64,000 nucleotides of DNA from Eubacteriales bacterium (lineage in GTDB: Bacteria > Bacillota > Clostridia > Oscillospirales > Acutalibacteraceae), in assembly GCA_030533225.1 (NCBI GenBank), contig JAUNJO010000001.1, forward strand, positions 34,402 through 98,401. The letters are read 5' to 3'. Positions 48,285 to 57,664 of the stretch are shown one piece after another. Made by a program: the position numbers and the translations under genes. The notes beneath the pieces were generated by a model that saw only the letters and a program-made list of their open reading frames with translations, was not told the DNA's origin and searched no databases. Each line of letters starts with the position of its first letter. Position 1 is the first letter of the stretch.

Positions 48285-48740
48285 TTACACCTCATTCCTA
48301 ACTTCCATTGCATAGTAGTTAAATACTACGTATTCGTTATCCTGTGTATAAACCGGTGCCTTCATGGACAGATACACAATAACAGTATCTCCGAGCTTCA
48401 GCTTCTTAATCTTATGTCTTACAGAGATTTTCAGCGAGTTTTCTTCCAACTTCAGTGTGATGCTCTTTACACGCTTTCTGAGTCCAGTAACTTCGATGTT
48501 CTCACAAACACCCGAAACACTCACATAATTACCGTTAAGACTATTATATAGTAGGAAAACCCCGTTTACAATAAGCAGAGCCATAAAAACCAAGCTCGGA
48601 AGCCACAGATACACATTACGGTAGAAGATCATAATCACCGTGAAGAGGAGAAGAAAGCCGGCAGCACCGGCAAACCTTGAAATGATTTGCCACTGAAGCA
48701 CCTCCGGCAACGCTTTGAACCGTTCCTTCATAGACTTCAC
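48285..48740 (-). CDS. Hypothetical membrane protein
   Basis: Two TMs then beta-rich domain. Confidence 0.75.
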   Translation of the reverse strand: MKSMKERFKALPEVLQWQIISRFAGAAGFLLLFTVIMIFYRNVYLWLPSLVFMALLIVNGVFLLYNSLNGNYVSVSGVCENIEVTGLRKRVKSITLKLEENSLKISVRHKIKKLKLGDTVIVYLSMKAPVYTQDNEYVVFNYYAMEVRNEV

Positions 48741-48741
48741 C

Positions 48742-49305
48742 TCACAATATTACGATTTTTTTGTTCTTCAGGAGCACCATAACGGCTGCCGTAACCTTAT
48801 CGCGACAAGCAGCGTGTTCCATCTGGCATTCCAGGATATTATCAAAGATATTTTCCTTGGTATAGATGGTCTCCACAAGCTTTTGACGGTTGTCAACGTA
48901 AAGCAGCTCTTCCGTTGCTTTAATCTGACGCTCGTGCAGGTAAACAAGCTCTGCCATACTCAGTCTGATACCGGCTTTGGTCAGCCAATTGAGAATAGAC
49001 GCCTCAAAGCGACCTGTCACCGGACTGAGATTGGAATTTGTCGCAGCACAGAGCACGCATCTGGTAAGAATTCTGTAACGGGCGACAAGGGTGTCTTCCG
49101 ACTCGTACTCCACCAGACCCATTCTGTAAAGGTGCTCGATGGCACGCTCCTGAGATGAATTCTTGGTTTCGTAGAACCCGAACTTGCCAGCCAGCCAGAG
49201 CTGTGCTTCCACCTTTGTGAGCTGGAACACCTGACCGCCTCTGCCGACATATATATTGCGCTCTGTGGATTTCTCCTGAACAATACCTTTGGAAATATAA
49301 ATCAT
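48742..49305 (-). CDS. Hypothetical ICE protein
   Basis: RBS GAGGTG; coupled in operon. Confidence 0.75.
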   Translation of the reverse strand: MIYISKGIVQEKSTERNIYVGRGGQVFQLTKVEAQLWLAGKFGFYETKNSSQERAIEHLYRMGLVEYESEDTLVARYRILTRCVLCAATNSNLSPVTGRFEASILNWLTKAGIRLSMAELVYLHERQIKATEELLYVDNRQKLVETIYTKENIFDNILECQMEHAACRDKVTAAVMVLLKNKKIVIL

Positions 49306-49363
49306 ACTTCATCACCTCGTGTTCTTTTACTTACATTACACGATGTGAGGGATGATTTTACAA

Positions 49364-49723
49364 CTAAAGAACGTACATTAACGCAACACAGGCCACGATG
49401 ACCAGGAATAACACGCCAATAATGATGGCAATCTTCTTGATAAGCTCCTTGTCCAGCCCTTCACGTTCATGACCTTCATCAATTGTGCGGATATCATCGT
49501 AATATCCGTCGTACCCATCATCCACGACCGTTTCGGGTTCATCATTGCTGCTCACGGGGACTTTGGCAGGCTTCTTTTTCTTTTTTCGGGTTTTCTTTTT
49601 GGTTTCCGACGTATCTTTTGGCTTTTCTTCCTGTGTCTTACCTGTTGGAAGCTTACCGCACTCTGCACAAAAAGAAACGGCGTCCTCAATCAGATCAGCG
49701 CCGCAATAGGGACAGTATTTCAT
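49364..49723 (-). CDS. Zinc-ribbon protein with C-terminal TM
   Basis: MKYCPYCG...FCAECG; C-terminal hydrophobic helix. Confidence 0.75.
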   Translation of the reverse strand: MKYCPYCGADLIEDAVSFCAECGKLPTGKTQEEKPKDTSETKKKTRKKKKKPAKVPVSSNDEPETVVDDGYDGYYDDIRTIDEGHEREGLDKELIKKIAIIIGVLFLVIVACVALMYVL

Positions 49724-49856
49724 CGTACACACTCCTTTTTCAGCGAAAATAAAAAAGTGGATCCGGTTAAGGACCCACTTTTGGACGATACAATTATAGC
49801 ACATTCTCTTTTACTTGTCATCGGCAAAACTGTGCCAATTTCGTGCCAATTTGCTG

Positions 49857-50057
49857 TCATTTCATATGTATTAGATATTCACGCAAAGCATTTATATCCA
49901 TTTCGGATACCAGGGCGCGCGCATTCTCCCGGCGAGTAATATAATGGAGTTCGCCGGTGGATACATAGCCATATAACTGCTCATACGGATCATATCCAGC
50001 TTTTTTTAATGCGTTTACAGCAATTTCAATGTCTTTTTCAAATGTCTTCACGTCCAA
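49857..50057 (-). CDS. IreB/ReoM (DUF965)-like protein
   Basis: ALKKAGYDPYEQLYGYVSTGELHYITRRENAR matches the IreB pattern KGYNP..Q..GY..SGDP.YIT....AR. Confidence 0.7.
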   Translation of the reverse strand: MDVKTFEKDIEIAVNALKKAGYDPYEQLYGYVSTGELHYITRRENARALVSEMDINALREYLIHMK

Positions 50058-50074
50058 TTTCTTTGCTCTTCTTT

Positions 50075-50959
50075 CTATAATTCCAAGATACCTTGGTTCT
50101 TACGTTTACCCGTCAGTATTTGACATTGTTTTCCCGTTACCAGGGAACGAACCTGATTTCCTATGTCATCCATAAACCATTCGTTAATGCAGAACGGCTC
50201 GATATCCTCACGGCATAAATGGTCGATGACGGTGCGAATCAATCCTTTGTATTCTTCTGTATCTACAACCTTTTTCTCTTTCAGCAAACTAAGAAATGCT
50301 TCCTTGTCACGAGAGGTTAAAAATTCTCTGCTCGTAAATATGCCAACAAGGACAAGGGTTATGGCCTTTAAGCTTGTAGGTTTTAAGTCCCTAATCACCG
50401 AATCAAATTGCTTGATTTGACTACGAAGCTGGTACAATGTCATCGGCACCATATAGGGTCTTGCATAAGCTGTCAAATAGTCTGCGATGAACTCTTTCCA
50501 TACCTGATAGCCGATATAAATCATATCTTCTTCCGCGCTCAATGACGGGTCACAGCAATGCTTCTCATAAAAGGATTGCCCGTGGTACTCATTCCGAGTT
50601 GCGTAAACATGAGCCAATTCGTGCGTTAAGCTATTAACCCACTCAAAAAAAGGAAAAGGCACGGATGTATTGATAATAATCCCGGAATTTTCTCCCTCCA
50701 CAAGAGCAGAGGCGTTCGTATCCATATAGAACGCAGGATTCATATAATCTTCAGCCAACCATGAAGGAAAGCATTTACTGCAGAAGTCCTCATAGACTTG
50801 GGGAAAGGTTTCAAACGTACAGTATGCTATCTTTACGTTGTCTTCCGAATACTCCGTATCGAATGCATCGTTGAAGCACCGAAATGCTTCCTTCATTGCA
50901 ATCGGAACTTCATCCGGCTCGATAGACGGATTTTGATAGATAGTCATTTTCTCACCCAA
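50075..50959 (-). CDS. HExxH putative metallopeptidase-like protein
   Basis: LTHELAHVY, downstream WKEFIADY. Confidence 0.65.
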   Translation of the reverse strand: MGEKMTIYQNPSIEPDEVPIAMKEAFRCFNDAFDTEYSEDNVKIAYCTFETFPQVYEDFCSKCFPSWLAEDYMNPAFYMDTNASALVEGENSGIIINTSVPFPFFEWVNSLTHELAHVYATRNEYHGQSFYEKHCCDPSLSAEEDMIYIGYQVWKEFIADYLTAYARPYMVPMTLYQLRSQIKQFDSVIRDLKPTSLKAITLVLVGIFTSREFLTSRDKEAFLSLLKEKKVVDTEEYKGLIRTVIDHLCREDIEPFCINEWFMDDIGNQVRSLVTGKQCQILTGKRKNQGILEL

Positions 50960-50963
50960 GCCT

Positions 50964-52355
50964 TTACTTATACATATCCTCCAGGGTTATAAGGAGAACC
51001 TCACCTTGATCGGCAAGCTCTTGTAAGCCCTGTGTAAACCCGGATTTCGAGAAAATGTAGAAGTGATACTTATCGCCCTTGCCAAACACCTCTGCATAGT
51101 GCTTTAGTAGCTCAAGCTCATCTACACCAATAGGCGTGCTACGATACTTGCAGGAACCGATGATATAATCTTTGCCTTCCGCAGGAGTACCTACGATATC
51201 AATTTGTATTTCTTTTTTCTCTTTCGGATCCGTACCCCACCACTGTCCGATATCCGATAATTCAATCGGCAATTCATCTGCATAGCGGAGCAAATATTCT
51301 CTGCACATCTGCTCAAACACGATGCCCATATAGTCTGGGTAATACTTCTTGATAGCAGTATCGTAAATCCTATTGATTCTTCCGGTGTTGATAGCAGACA
51401 TATTCTTAGGCACAAAACGGTACCAGAACCGGAAGAAATTATCTCCGATCAGATAGATCGTCTTGCGGCCGGCCTTTTCCGTAATCGGTGTCTCTTTTTT
51501 CAATATACCAAGATCCACAAGAACTCTCAGATATTTCGCGCATATGCCGGTCTCTAAACCAACCTTGGTTGAAATTTCGTTGGAATGAGAAGATCCCGTT
51601 GCAACGGCAGAAATAATCGAATTATAGATTGCCGGCTCACGAAGCTCCTGCTTCAAAAGGTTCTCCGGCTCCTCAAACAAATAGCCTGCAGGATTTAGCA
51701 AATTGTCAAGTAACGCCTCATCCACGTTGTCCTTCACGTCAAGCTTGTTGATATAGTGAGGAACACCACCGGTGATACCGTAAATCAGTGCTTGATCTTC
51801 ATAAGACAACGTTGGGTTGAAGACAGGGATTTCCTTATAGGTTAATGCCTGAATCTTATATTGTGCAGTCCTGCGACCAAACAGAGGGCTCTCATATCCC
51901 AACACCTGATTTTCCATAAAGCTCATAGAAGAGCCGCACAAAATCAAAAACAGTTTTCCGTTTTGCCAGGTATGGTCAATGATATGCTGCAGACGAGAGG
52001 AGATGGACTTATCTGCCTTAGCAAGATAAGGATACTCGTCAATAACAAAAACAAGGCGCTCTTTTTCTGCCATCTTCGTAATCTGCGCAAAAGCATTATC
52101 AAAGCTTGCGTAAACCGGTGCAGTTGTTGCATCCTTATTGTCCTTTTCAAAAACAGCGAGAGACAAGGCCTCAAGATTTTCGTTTGCGGTTGCATTTAGC
52201 GCCGAGAAGAAAACCGTCGGCTTGCCCTCACAGAATTCGTTAATAAGGGACGTCTTTCCGACACGTCTTCTACCATAAATGATAGCACATTCAAAATTGC
52301 CGTTATCATATCGTTTATTCAAATCGGTTAATTCGCGCTCTCTACCAAAAAACAT
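50964..52355 (-). CDS. Archaeal-type ATPase + wHTH + DUF234/PD-(D/E)XK protein
   Basis: FFGREREL, YGRRRVGKT, VIDEYPYL, FEQMCREY, QIDIVG...GSCKY; own TTGACT-17-TATAAT promoter at 52433-52405. Confidence 0.88.
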   Translation of the reverse strand: MFFGRERELTDLNKRYDNGNFECAIIYGRRRVGKTSLINEFCEGKPTVFFSALNATANENLEALSLAVFEKDNKDATTAPVYASFDNAFAQITKMAEKERLVFVIDEYPYLAKADKSISSRLQHIIDHTWQNGKLFLILCGSSMSFMENQVLGYESPLFGRRTAQYKIQALTYKEIPVFNPTLSYEDQALIYGITGGVPHYINKLDVKDNVDEALLDNLLNPAGYLFEEPENLLKQELREPAIYNSIISAVATGSSHSNEISTKVGLETGICAKYLRVLVDLGILKKETPITEKAGRKTIYLIGDNFFRFWYRFVPKNMSAINTGRINRIYDTAIKKYYPDYMGIVFEQMCREYLLRYADELPIELSDIGQWWGTDPKEKKEIQIDIVGTPAEGKDYIIGSCKYRSTPIGVDELELLKHYAEVFGKGDKYHFYIFSKSGFTQGLQELADQGEVLLITLEDMYK

Positions 52356-52470
52356 AATAGCCTCCTACGAGTTACAAACTTACGATACACCTACTCGTGA
52401 GTTTATTATACTCTTATGATAGCCAAAAGTCAATAGAATCAGTCAAAATCATAAAATTAATAACCAAAAA

Positions 52471-52505
52471 GAAAAAGCAGTATGGTTTTTTAGGCCATAC
52501 TGCTT
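52471..52505 (-). terminator. Terminator ending operon 3
   Basis: AGCAGTATGG/CCATACTGCT stem + T tract. Confidence 0.8.
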
Positions 52506-52514
52506 CTCTAAAAG

Positions 52515-53168
52515 TTAGAACATAGGAACCTCAGGTTCCGTGTAGTTCTGAGTTGACTGTGGCTGAGTGCCTGTGCTTCGATTCTGTTTCGGCTTTGCCA
52601 TATACTGCGCAGATAACCACGCCATATAATGTGCCTGCGTCAAAAGCAGAAGTTCGCTCAAGGTCTCAAATGCCATGCTGACAGCAACGTGATTTTCCGG
52701 TTTGCTACCAAACTTAGGCACGATAAGACCTTTTTCGGTAACGTCTCCGGGACCGCTGTCGGCTACGAACAGGATATCTGAACGGCTACCGACAATGATT
52801 TTCGCCACACGGGACAAGCTCCTGCCATCCGGTCTGGAGCGTCCTTGCTTAGCGAGCTTCTCTGCAGAAGTCCCGCCAAGGCATTCATAGAGTGGCGTCT
52901 GATCGTTGCTTTTCTTTTTGTTCTGCATCATATACCGAAGCTCACCGTAATTCAGTTTACGGCACAGCTCCAAAAATTCATCTGCAGCAATGTAAATATG
53001 GATGTTGTTCGTCTGTCTCTGCCCGGCAGGGCGGTTGAGGTCATAGGTTGCAAAGGCGAGATGGATTTTCCCAAACTCAAATGCATCGTATAAGCTCTCA
53101 ACGAAACAGTTCTTGGCATCCTTTCTGGAAATCTGATAATTATTACGTTCTTCAGCCATTTGCTTCAC
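52515..53168 (-). CDS. Hypothetical ICE protein
   Basis: Coupled to the upstream gene; no family recognised. Confidence 0.75.
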   Translation of the reverse strand: MKQMAEERNNYQISRKDAKNCFVESLYDAFEFGKIHLAFATYDLNRPAGQRQTNNIHIYIAADEFLELCRKLNYGELRYMMQNKKKSNDQTPLYECLGGTSAEKLAKQGRSRPDGRSLSRVAKIIVGSRSDILFVADSGPGDVTEKGLIVPKFGSKPENHVAVSMAFETLSELLLLTQAHYMAWLSAQYMAKPKQNRSTGTQPQSTQNYTEPEVPMF

Positions 53169-53880
53169 CTCCGTGTATCGGCAGATCGTTCATCATCTTG
53201 ATCATCATATCCCGGTTCGCTATAAACTGCGGGAAGAAATCTTCCTCCAGGTTGTAATCCAAATACAGCTTCACGAAAATAATGTTGATAATTTGATTCA
53301 TGCTGTCCATTCGGATTTTCGTGATTGCCTTTTGGATAAGCGGACTGAGTATGGAGATCGTTTTATGCCACTGAATAAAATACTCATCCTGGACAGGAAT
53401 GTCAAACTGTGTCAGCCACTCTCTCACCGTATGCGTCTCGTTCTTGCCACAACGGGTAGGATGGGTAAACAGGTACTCGATATCCTTGACATTCATATCC
53501 TTAGGAGCTTTCACTGAGGTGTCAATGCAGATGGTTCTGCCAATCGGATACATAGCACATACTACCGGCTTACACTCGTGTACAACGCATTTGTTGTTTT
53601 CAAGCAACGGGCAATGACCGGCCGCATCATGAGGAACAATGCGAGCGATGGGCATATGCGAGGTATCTCCGAGATAAGTGTCGCAGTATCTCTTAATGAA
53701 ATCAAACGTAGAGATACCGAGCTTCTTGGAGATTCGGAACACATCCTTTGGGGTGCAAAGGATGTCCTCACGATTCATACAGCATTTGCCGCATTGATTG
53801 CAGCTAAACTGGAACGTGTCATCGATGCCAATCAGCATCTTTTCTTTCATTTGTAATATTCGATCTAATCTTGGATCCAT
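53152..53880 (-). CDS. YkgJ-family (CxxCxxCC) zinc/iron-chelating protein
   Basis: FSCNQCGKCC, CPLL...CVVHECKPVVCAMYP. Confidence 0.88.
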   Translation of the reverse strand: MDPRLDRILQMKEKMLIGIDDTFQFSCNQCGKCCMNREDILCTPKDVFRISKKLGISTFDFIKRYCDTYLGDTSHMPIARIVPHDAAGHCPLLENNKCVVHECKPVVCAMYPIGRTICIDTSVKAPKDMNVKDIEYLFTHPTRCGKNETHTVREWLTQFDIPVQDEYFIQWHKTISILSPLIQKAITKIRMDSMNQIINIIFVKLYLDYNLEEDFFPQFIANRDMMIKMMNDLPIHGGEANG

Positions 53881-53976
53881 AATAAATAATTCTCCTATTC
53901 TGAATGAAGGGGCACATTGCTGCACCCCTTCGGATTATGTCATACTGACTCTGATACTTTTGTGATTCCGTAGAGC

Positions 53977-54300
53977 TTACTTATCGAAATTTCTCCACGG
54001 AATCTTGTTATGGTTAAACTTGATGGGCTTAAATCCAATGCTGTCACAGAAGAAGGTTCCCAGACCTTCTGCCCAAACAACATCGGATACACTCATAGAA
54101 CGGCCACGATATCCGGCTGGATGCTCCATATTGAAGATATAGAAGATATCATCCAGTCGTTTAACGTCCAAATCGCCGTCAAACACAAGCTCATAGGTAC
54201 ACTCGCGAATACCACCATGCTTCACTGTGAACTCATAGTTCATATACATCAGGTTATAGCGGTCCTCCTCAGGTGCAATCTGGAACAGTTTTACTTTCAT
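53977..54300 (-). CDS. YodL-like domain protein
   Basis: YELVFDG, LDDIFYIFN..HPAGYRGRSMSVSDVV, FFCDSIGF. Confidence 0.85.
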   Translation of the reverse strand: MKVKLFQIAPEEDRYNLMYMNYEFTVKHGGIRECTYELVFDGDLDVKRLDDIFYIFNMEHPAGYRGRSMSVSDVVWAEGLGTFFCDSIGFKPIKFNHNKIPWRNFDK

Positions 54301-54733
54301 TCCGCCAGGCTCCTTTCATAAGATATCGGGTGTCCAGCATTTGAAAGACGTGCGGTGCTGTACAATTCTCATCCTCGGGGAAACGATTCTGTTTATCGGG
54401 AACGATGACACGCAAAACCTTGCGTCCACATTCCCAAAATTCAGACAATCGCACTGGGCAATCCTCATAGATACCCTCGACCATATCGCCATCCTTGAAT
54501 TGCTCTCCGGCCTGCACACGCAAGCCGAAGGTGTTCAGAATGCGACCGATTTCCTCGTTAGGATAATTCAGCACCAGCTGAAAGTCTGGATGATTGTATT
54601 TCCCCATGCCGTGCGTATGGCAGTTACAGAGATACGGCAAAAAACCGTTTTCGACCTCATCACAGCAAGCGCACTTCACACCGTTCATCACAAGATGGAT
54701 GACCCAATCGATTTTAGGCTTCACTGTAATCAC
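54269..54733 (-). CDS. DUF4262-like protein
   Basis: CHTHGMGKYNHPDFQLV; RVIVPDKQNRFP. Confidence 0.6.
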   Translation of the reverse strand: MITVKPKIDWVIHLVMNGVKCACCDEVENGFLPYLCNCHTHGMGKYNHPDFQLVLNYPNEEIGRILNTFGLRVQAGEQFKDGDMVEGIYEDCPVRLSEFWECGRKVLRVIVPDKQNRFPEDENCTAPHVFQMLDTRYLMKGAWRNESKTVPDCT

Positions 54734-55103
54734 CGTCCTTTACGTCAAGTAACCACAGATGTTCCTCATCCATATGTGTCGCACTCCATCTGCAATTCAG
54801 GTGCCTGCCTAATAGCAGTTCTGCTACGCCCATACCGATGCCGTTTACACTGAAATCCCATTCTGCAGACTCAGGGAGAGATTCTATTCGAGCAGCTTCA
54901 TCTGCACCGACAGTCTCCATCAGCTTATATAGTTCCGACAGAGGAAGTCTTCCATTGGACAGTTGAACCGCCCAATAGTCGTGGTCATCAATATTGGCCT
55001 TGCAGATAATCTCTCTGCCGAGGATCTTGCTGATCTCAATGCCGATGTGCTCAGAAACCTCCGCCCAAGGAAGTTTAACCGCCTTTACGTGCTCACTCAT
55101 CAT
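54714..55103 (-). CDS. Hypothetical protein
   Basis: Coupled in operon. Confidence 0.7.
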   Translation of the reverse strand: MMSEHVKAVKLPWAEVSEHIGIEISKILGREIICKANIDDHDYWAVQLSNGRLPLSELYKLMETVGADEAARIESLPESAEWDFSVNGIGMGVAELLLGRHLNCRWSATHMDEEHLWLLDVKDGDYSEA

Positions 55104-55491
55104 TCTTCACCTCCTGAGGCTCTATAGAACCTTTATCGGCAATATCAAGTAAGCTCTTGCTGGTCCATCCGACAACGGCAACCAAAAACTCCTCGATACT
55201 ATTGTGAAGAATGGCTCTCGCCATATGAAATCCCACAGACTCGATCTTTTCATCATCAGAAGCGATTTCGGCAAAGAAGGCATTCGCAAAAGCTTCCGCC
55301 TTTTTCTCATCGTTCATAACGTCAAGCAGACGTCTGCAGGTTTCCTCGTCTGCCAAGGGAAACGGATGTTTCGGCATATTATCCTGATTGGTTTTGGATT
55401 CGGCAAGCTTCTCGATTGCTCTTGTCAGCTTTGGCAGCTGATGCTCAAAGAAATTCTTGCCATACATTGTTTCGTGAAACTGTAATCCCAT
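55093..55491 (-). CDS. Hypothetical protein
   Basis: N-terminal FHETMYGKNFFEHQLPKL..AIEKL motif; coupled. Confidence 0.7.
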   Translation of the reverse strand: MGLQFHETMYGKNFFEHQLPKLTRAIEKLAESKTNQDNMPKHPFPLADEETCRRLLDVMNDEKKAEAFANAFFAEIASDDEKIESVGFHMARAILHNSIEEFLVAVVGWTSKSLLDIADKGSIEPQEVKNDE

Positions 55492-55493
55492 AA

Positions 55494-55994
55494 TTATTTC
55501 CTTTCTGCCACGTAGGACCCGTAATGAATTGTGTCATCCTCATCTGAACGGTACACGCCGATACATACCTCGTGACCTTCGCCACGCTCCGGATTGTGCT
55601 CTACAAAGCTTACCAGTTCCGGATCTTCTTTGGTTCCTTTATCCCAGTAGATATTAATCGCCGGGAAATTAGAGTCATCAATTGCCTTTGCACTGAGATG
55701 GGTTCCATCAGGCAATGGCAAAATAATACTCGGGTACCATTCGGGTGTGGAGTTTGTTTCAGGTGAGTCTGACAGAGAGAAACGCTGCTTACCGGTTTTA
55801 CCTGCAGCAAAGCGTTTCCTTGATTTGTCCAGCTCAGTCTGGAGCGCAGTATATATCTGCTCCACCTGACGCTGCGTGTAAGAATAGTTTGAGGAGCCGG
55901 ACAGATTACCAAGCAAGCGTACCATTTTGATAATCTTATTGACTCTGGCTTCCGCCAAACGCACAAAGCGTTCGTCCTTAGGCTCTCTGCTCAT
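55494..55994 (-). CDS. Hypothetical protein with RFVRLAEARVNK...LGNLS..SNY N-terminal domain
   Basis: Helical motif recalled from MGE proteins; function unknown. Confidence 0.7.
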   Translation of the reverse strand: MSREPKDERFVRLAEARVNKIIKMVRLLGNLSGSSNYSYTQRQVEQIYTALQTELDKSRKRFAAGKTGKQRFSLSDSPETNSTPEWYPSIILPLPDGTHLSAKAIDDSNFPAINIYWDKGTKEDPELVSFVEHNPERGEGHEVCIGVYRSDEDDTIHYGSYVAERK

Positions 55995-56209
55995 ACCGTC
56001 ACCGCCTTTGCAACAGACGTAAGATGTAGGAAGTAACGTGTATTTTGCGTCTCAAACCGAATGACGCTATCGGAAAGCCGTTTCATATTGATCACCGTAG
56101 TGGTTTGTCTGTAACCACCATCGCGCTCGATAATTACTGCAGGCTGTCCGATTGCAAGAGGAAGAATCATACTTCCGGCAATACAAAGTGTTTTCTTCTG
56201 CTGATTCAT
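55991..56209 (-). CDS. Small hypothetical protein
   Basis: RBS GGAGG; ATGA overlap. Confidence 0.7.
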   Translation of the reverse strand: MNQQKKTLCIAGSMILPLAIGQPAVIIERDGGYRQTTTVINMKRLSDSVIRFETQNTRYFLHLTSVAKAVTV

Positions 56210-56248
56210 TGTGTCTATCCTCCAATAAACAAAAATAGACGAAGCAAT

Positions 56249-56548
56249 TTAAGCTCCGTCTTGGTTGTGCTGCTCATCATATTGAGCCAGCATTGATTCA
56301 AATTCGTATCCCGGCACAATGCAAACTCCAAGGGTAAGTGCTTTTTCAAGCTTGATTCCCGGACGTTCGACGACAATAAGATAGTCGGTTCTGCTACTCA
56401 CATTGTATACAGGATGCGCCCCGCGTTCTTTTAGCATTGCCATGAGAACCTTACGGGTGTACTTGCGTAATTTGCCCGTCGCTGCAACCTTCTTCTGCAG
56501 AAACGGAAAGTTTTGATTCGCACTCACATTGTGCTTCTCCTTCCTCAT
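56249..56548 (-). CDS. Stand-alone BRCT domain (ligase C-terminal-like); start uncertain
   Basis: VAATGKLRKYTR....MLKERGA....NVSSRTDYLIV......KLEKA..LGV. Confidence 0.8.
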   Translation of the reverse strand: MRKEKHNVSANQNFPFLQKKVAATGKLRKYTRKVLMAMLKERGAHPVYNVSSRTDYLIVVERPGIKLEKALTLGVCIVPGYEFESMLAQYDEQHNQDGA

Positions 56549-56969
56549 CACCCTGTAGGATCCACGGGCGATGTGTTTTGTTGAACTCTTGATATCCAAC
56601 CCAGTCCTCATTGTCAAAAATGCGGCTCACGTGAAGCTGTAAAGCGTATTCCTCGCGTTCATTCCTGGAATGAAGCCAAGCACAGCTCTTCGCATAATCT
56701 ACAAGTCCCTCAAAAAGAGCCTGTTCACCGTCTCTTTCGATAATGAATCGGGCAAGTGCAAACCAATCCGCTTCCAGAATATCTCCGATTTCCGTCATAC
56801 AGCCGGTGCGGTAGATATATTTCTTATCTCGCCCTGTACCGCTAATATGAACCGCTTTTCCGGTTCCAAACCGAATGCGCAACTGTTTACAAGTTAGTTC
56901 CTGAATGTTATACCGTTCATCATCAATCACATAATAACCGGTCTGGCGGAAATCCTGAACCTTTAACAT
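56451..56969 (-). CDS. Hypothetical protein (3' end overlaps the BRCT gene)
   Basis: Coupled to the MTase-like gene; long C-terminal overlap makes the 3' boundary doubtful. Confidence 0.6.
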   Translation of the reverse strand: MLKVQDFRQTGYYVIDDERYNIQELTCKQLRIRFGTGKAVHISGTGRDKKYIYRTGCMTEIGDILEADWFALARFIIERDGEQALFEGLVDYAKSCAWLHSRNEREEYALQLHVSRIFDNEDWVGYQEFNKTHRPWILQGDEEGEAQCECESKLSVSAEEGCSDGQITQVHP

Positions 56970-56971
56970 TG

Positions 56972-57658
56972 TTACGTTCCTTTTTCAATCGGCTCTTCCA
57001 TAAAAGGAACTGCCGCGCAGGGAGTATACCACTGGGACCAGTTTTCCATCGTCAAGGTGTTTCCGTGAATGACAACTGCAGGGATCCCGTACAAGCTCAA
57101 CTGGATATATGCCATCCATACGCAGCGGATATCAATATCCTGCGCCACAAAGAAGCTTTTGCAGCGATAATCAATACCTTTGCGCTGCATTGCCCAAACT
57201 GCGCCGATAACCATCGTACCGGAACCGCAGGTAGGCTCGTTGATCGTGATGGGACCTTCTCTGTCCGTAGGCTCGTCAACCCCTATCATTTGGGCCATCA
57301 TCCTACAGATATGGTCGGGAGTGAAGAACTGACCGTTCCACTCGTTGTTGAGACGTAACTGATGATAGACGTCGCCGAGAATATCGCACGGATCTTCAGC
57401 GTGTTCTCGTGTGGCCAGTGTAAGCAAAGCAAACATTCTGGCATACGAAGACAGTACCTCCGGTGCCATCTTGGAAGCAATCTCCTGATATCGTTTTTCC
57501 CGTTCCTCGGCATTGGCAGGATCCATCTGGGCCGCAATGCTCGTTGCCGTGATCTCTAAAAACGTGGTAAACACCGTGTTGAGACCATTTGATTGGGCAA
57601 GACTTCGGATTTCATCAATCAGTTCGTCCTTGTAACTGCGTTTCTTTGCCATCGTCAC
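56972..57658 (-). CDS. Short N6-DNA-methylase-like protein (SAM-binding half only)
   Basis: GQFFTP, INEPTCGSG, QDID, HGNTL; ends without an NPPY/F motif. Confidence 0.8.
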   Translation of the reverse strand: MTMAKKRSYKDELIDEIRSLAQSNGLNTVFTTFLEITATSIAAQMDPANAEEREKRYQEIASKMAPEVLSSYARMFALLTLATREHAEDPCDILGDVYHQLRLNNEWNGQFFTPDHICRMMAQMIGVDEPTDREGPITINEPTCGSGTMVIGAVWAMQRKGIDYRCKSFFVAQDIDIRCVWMAYIQLSLYGIPAVVIHGNTLTMENWSQWYTPCAAVPFMEEPIEKGT

Positions 57659-57664
57659 ATCTCC

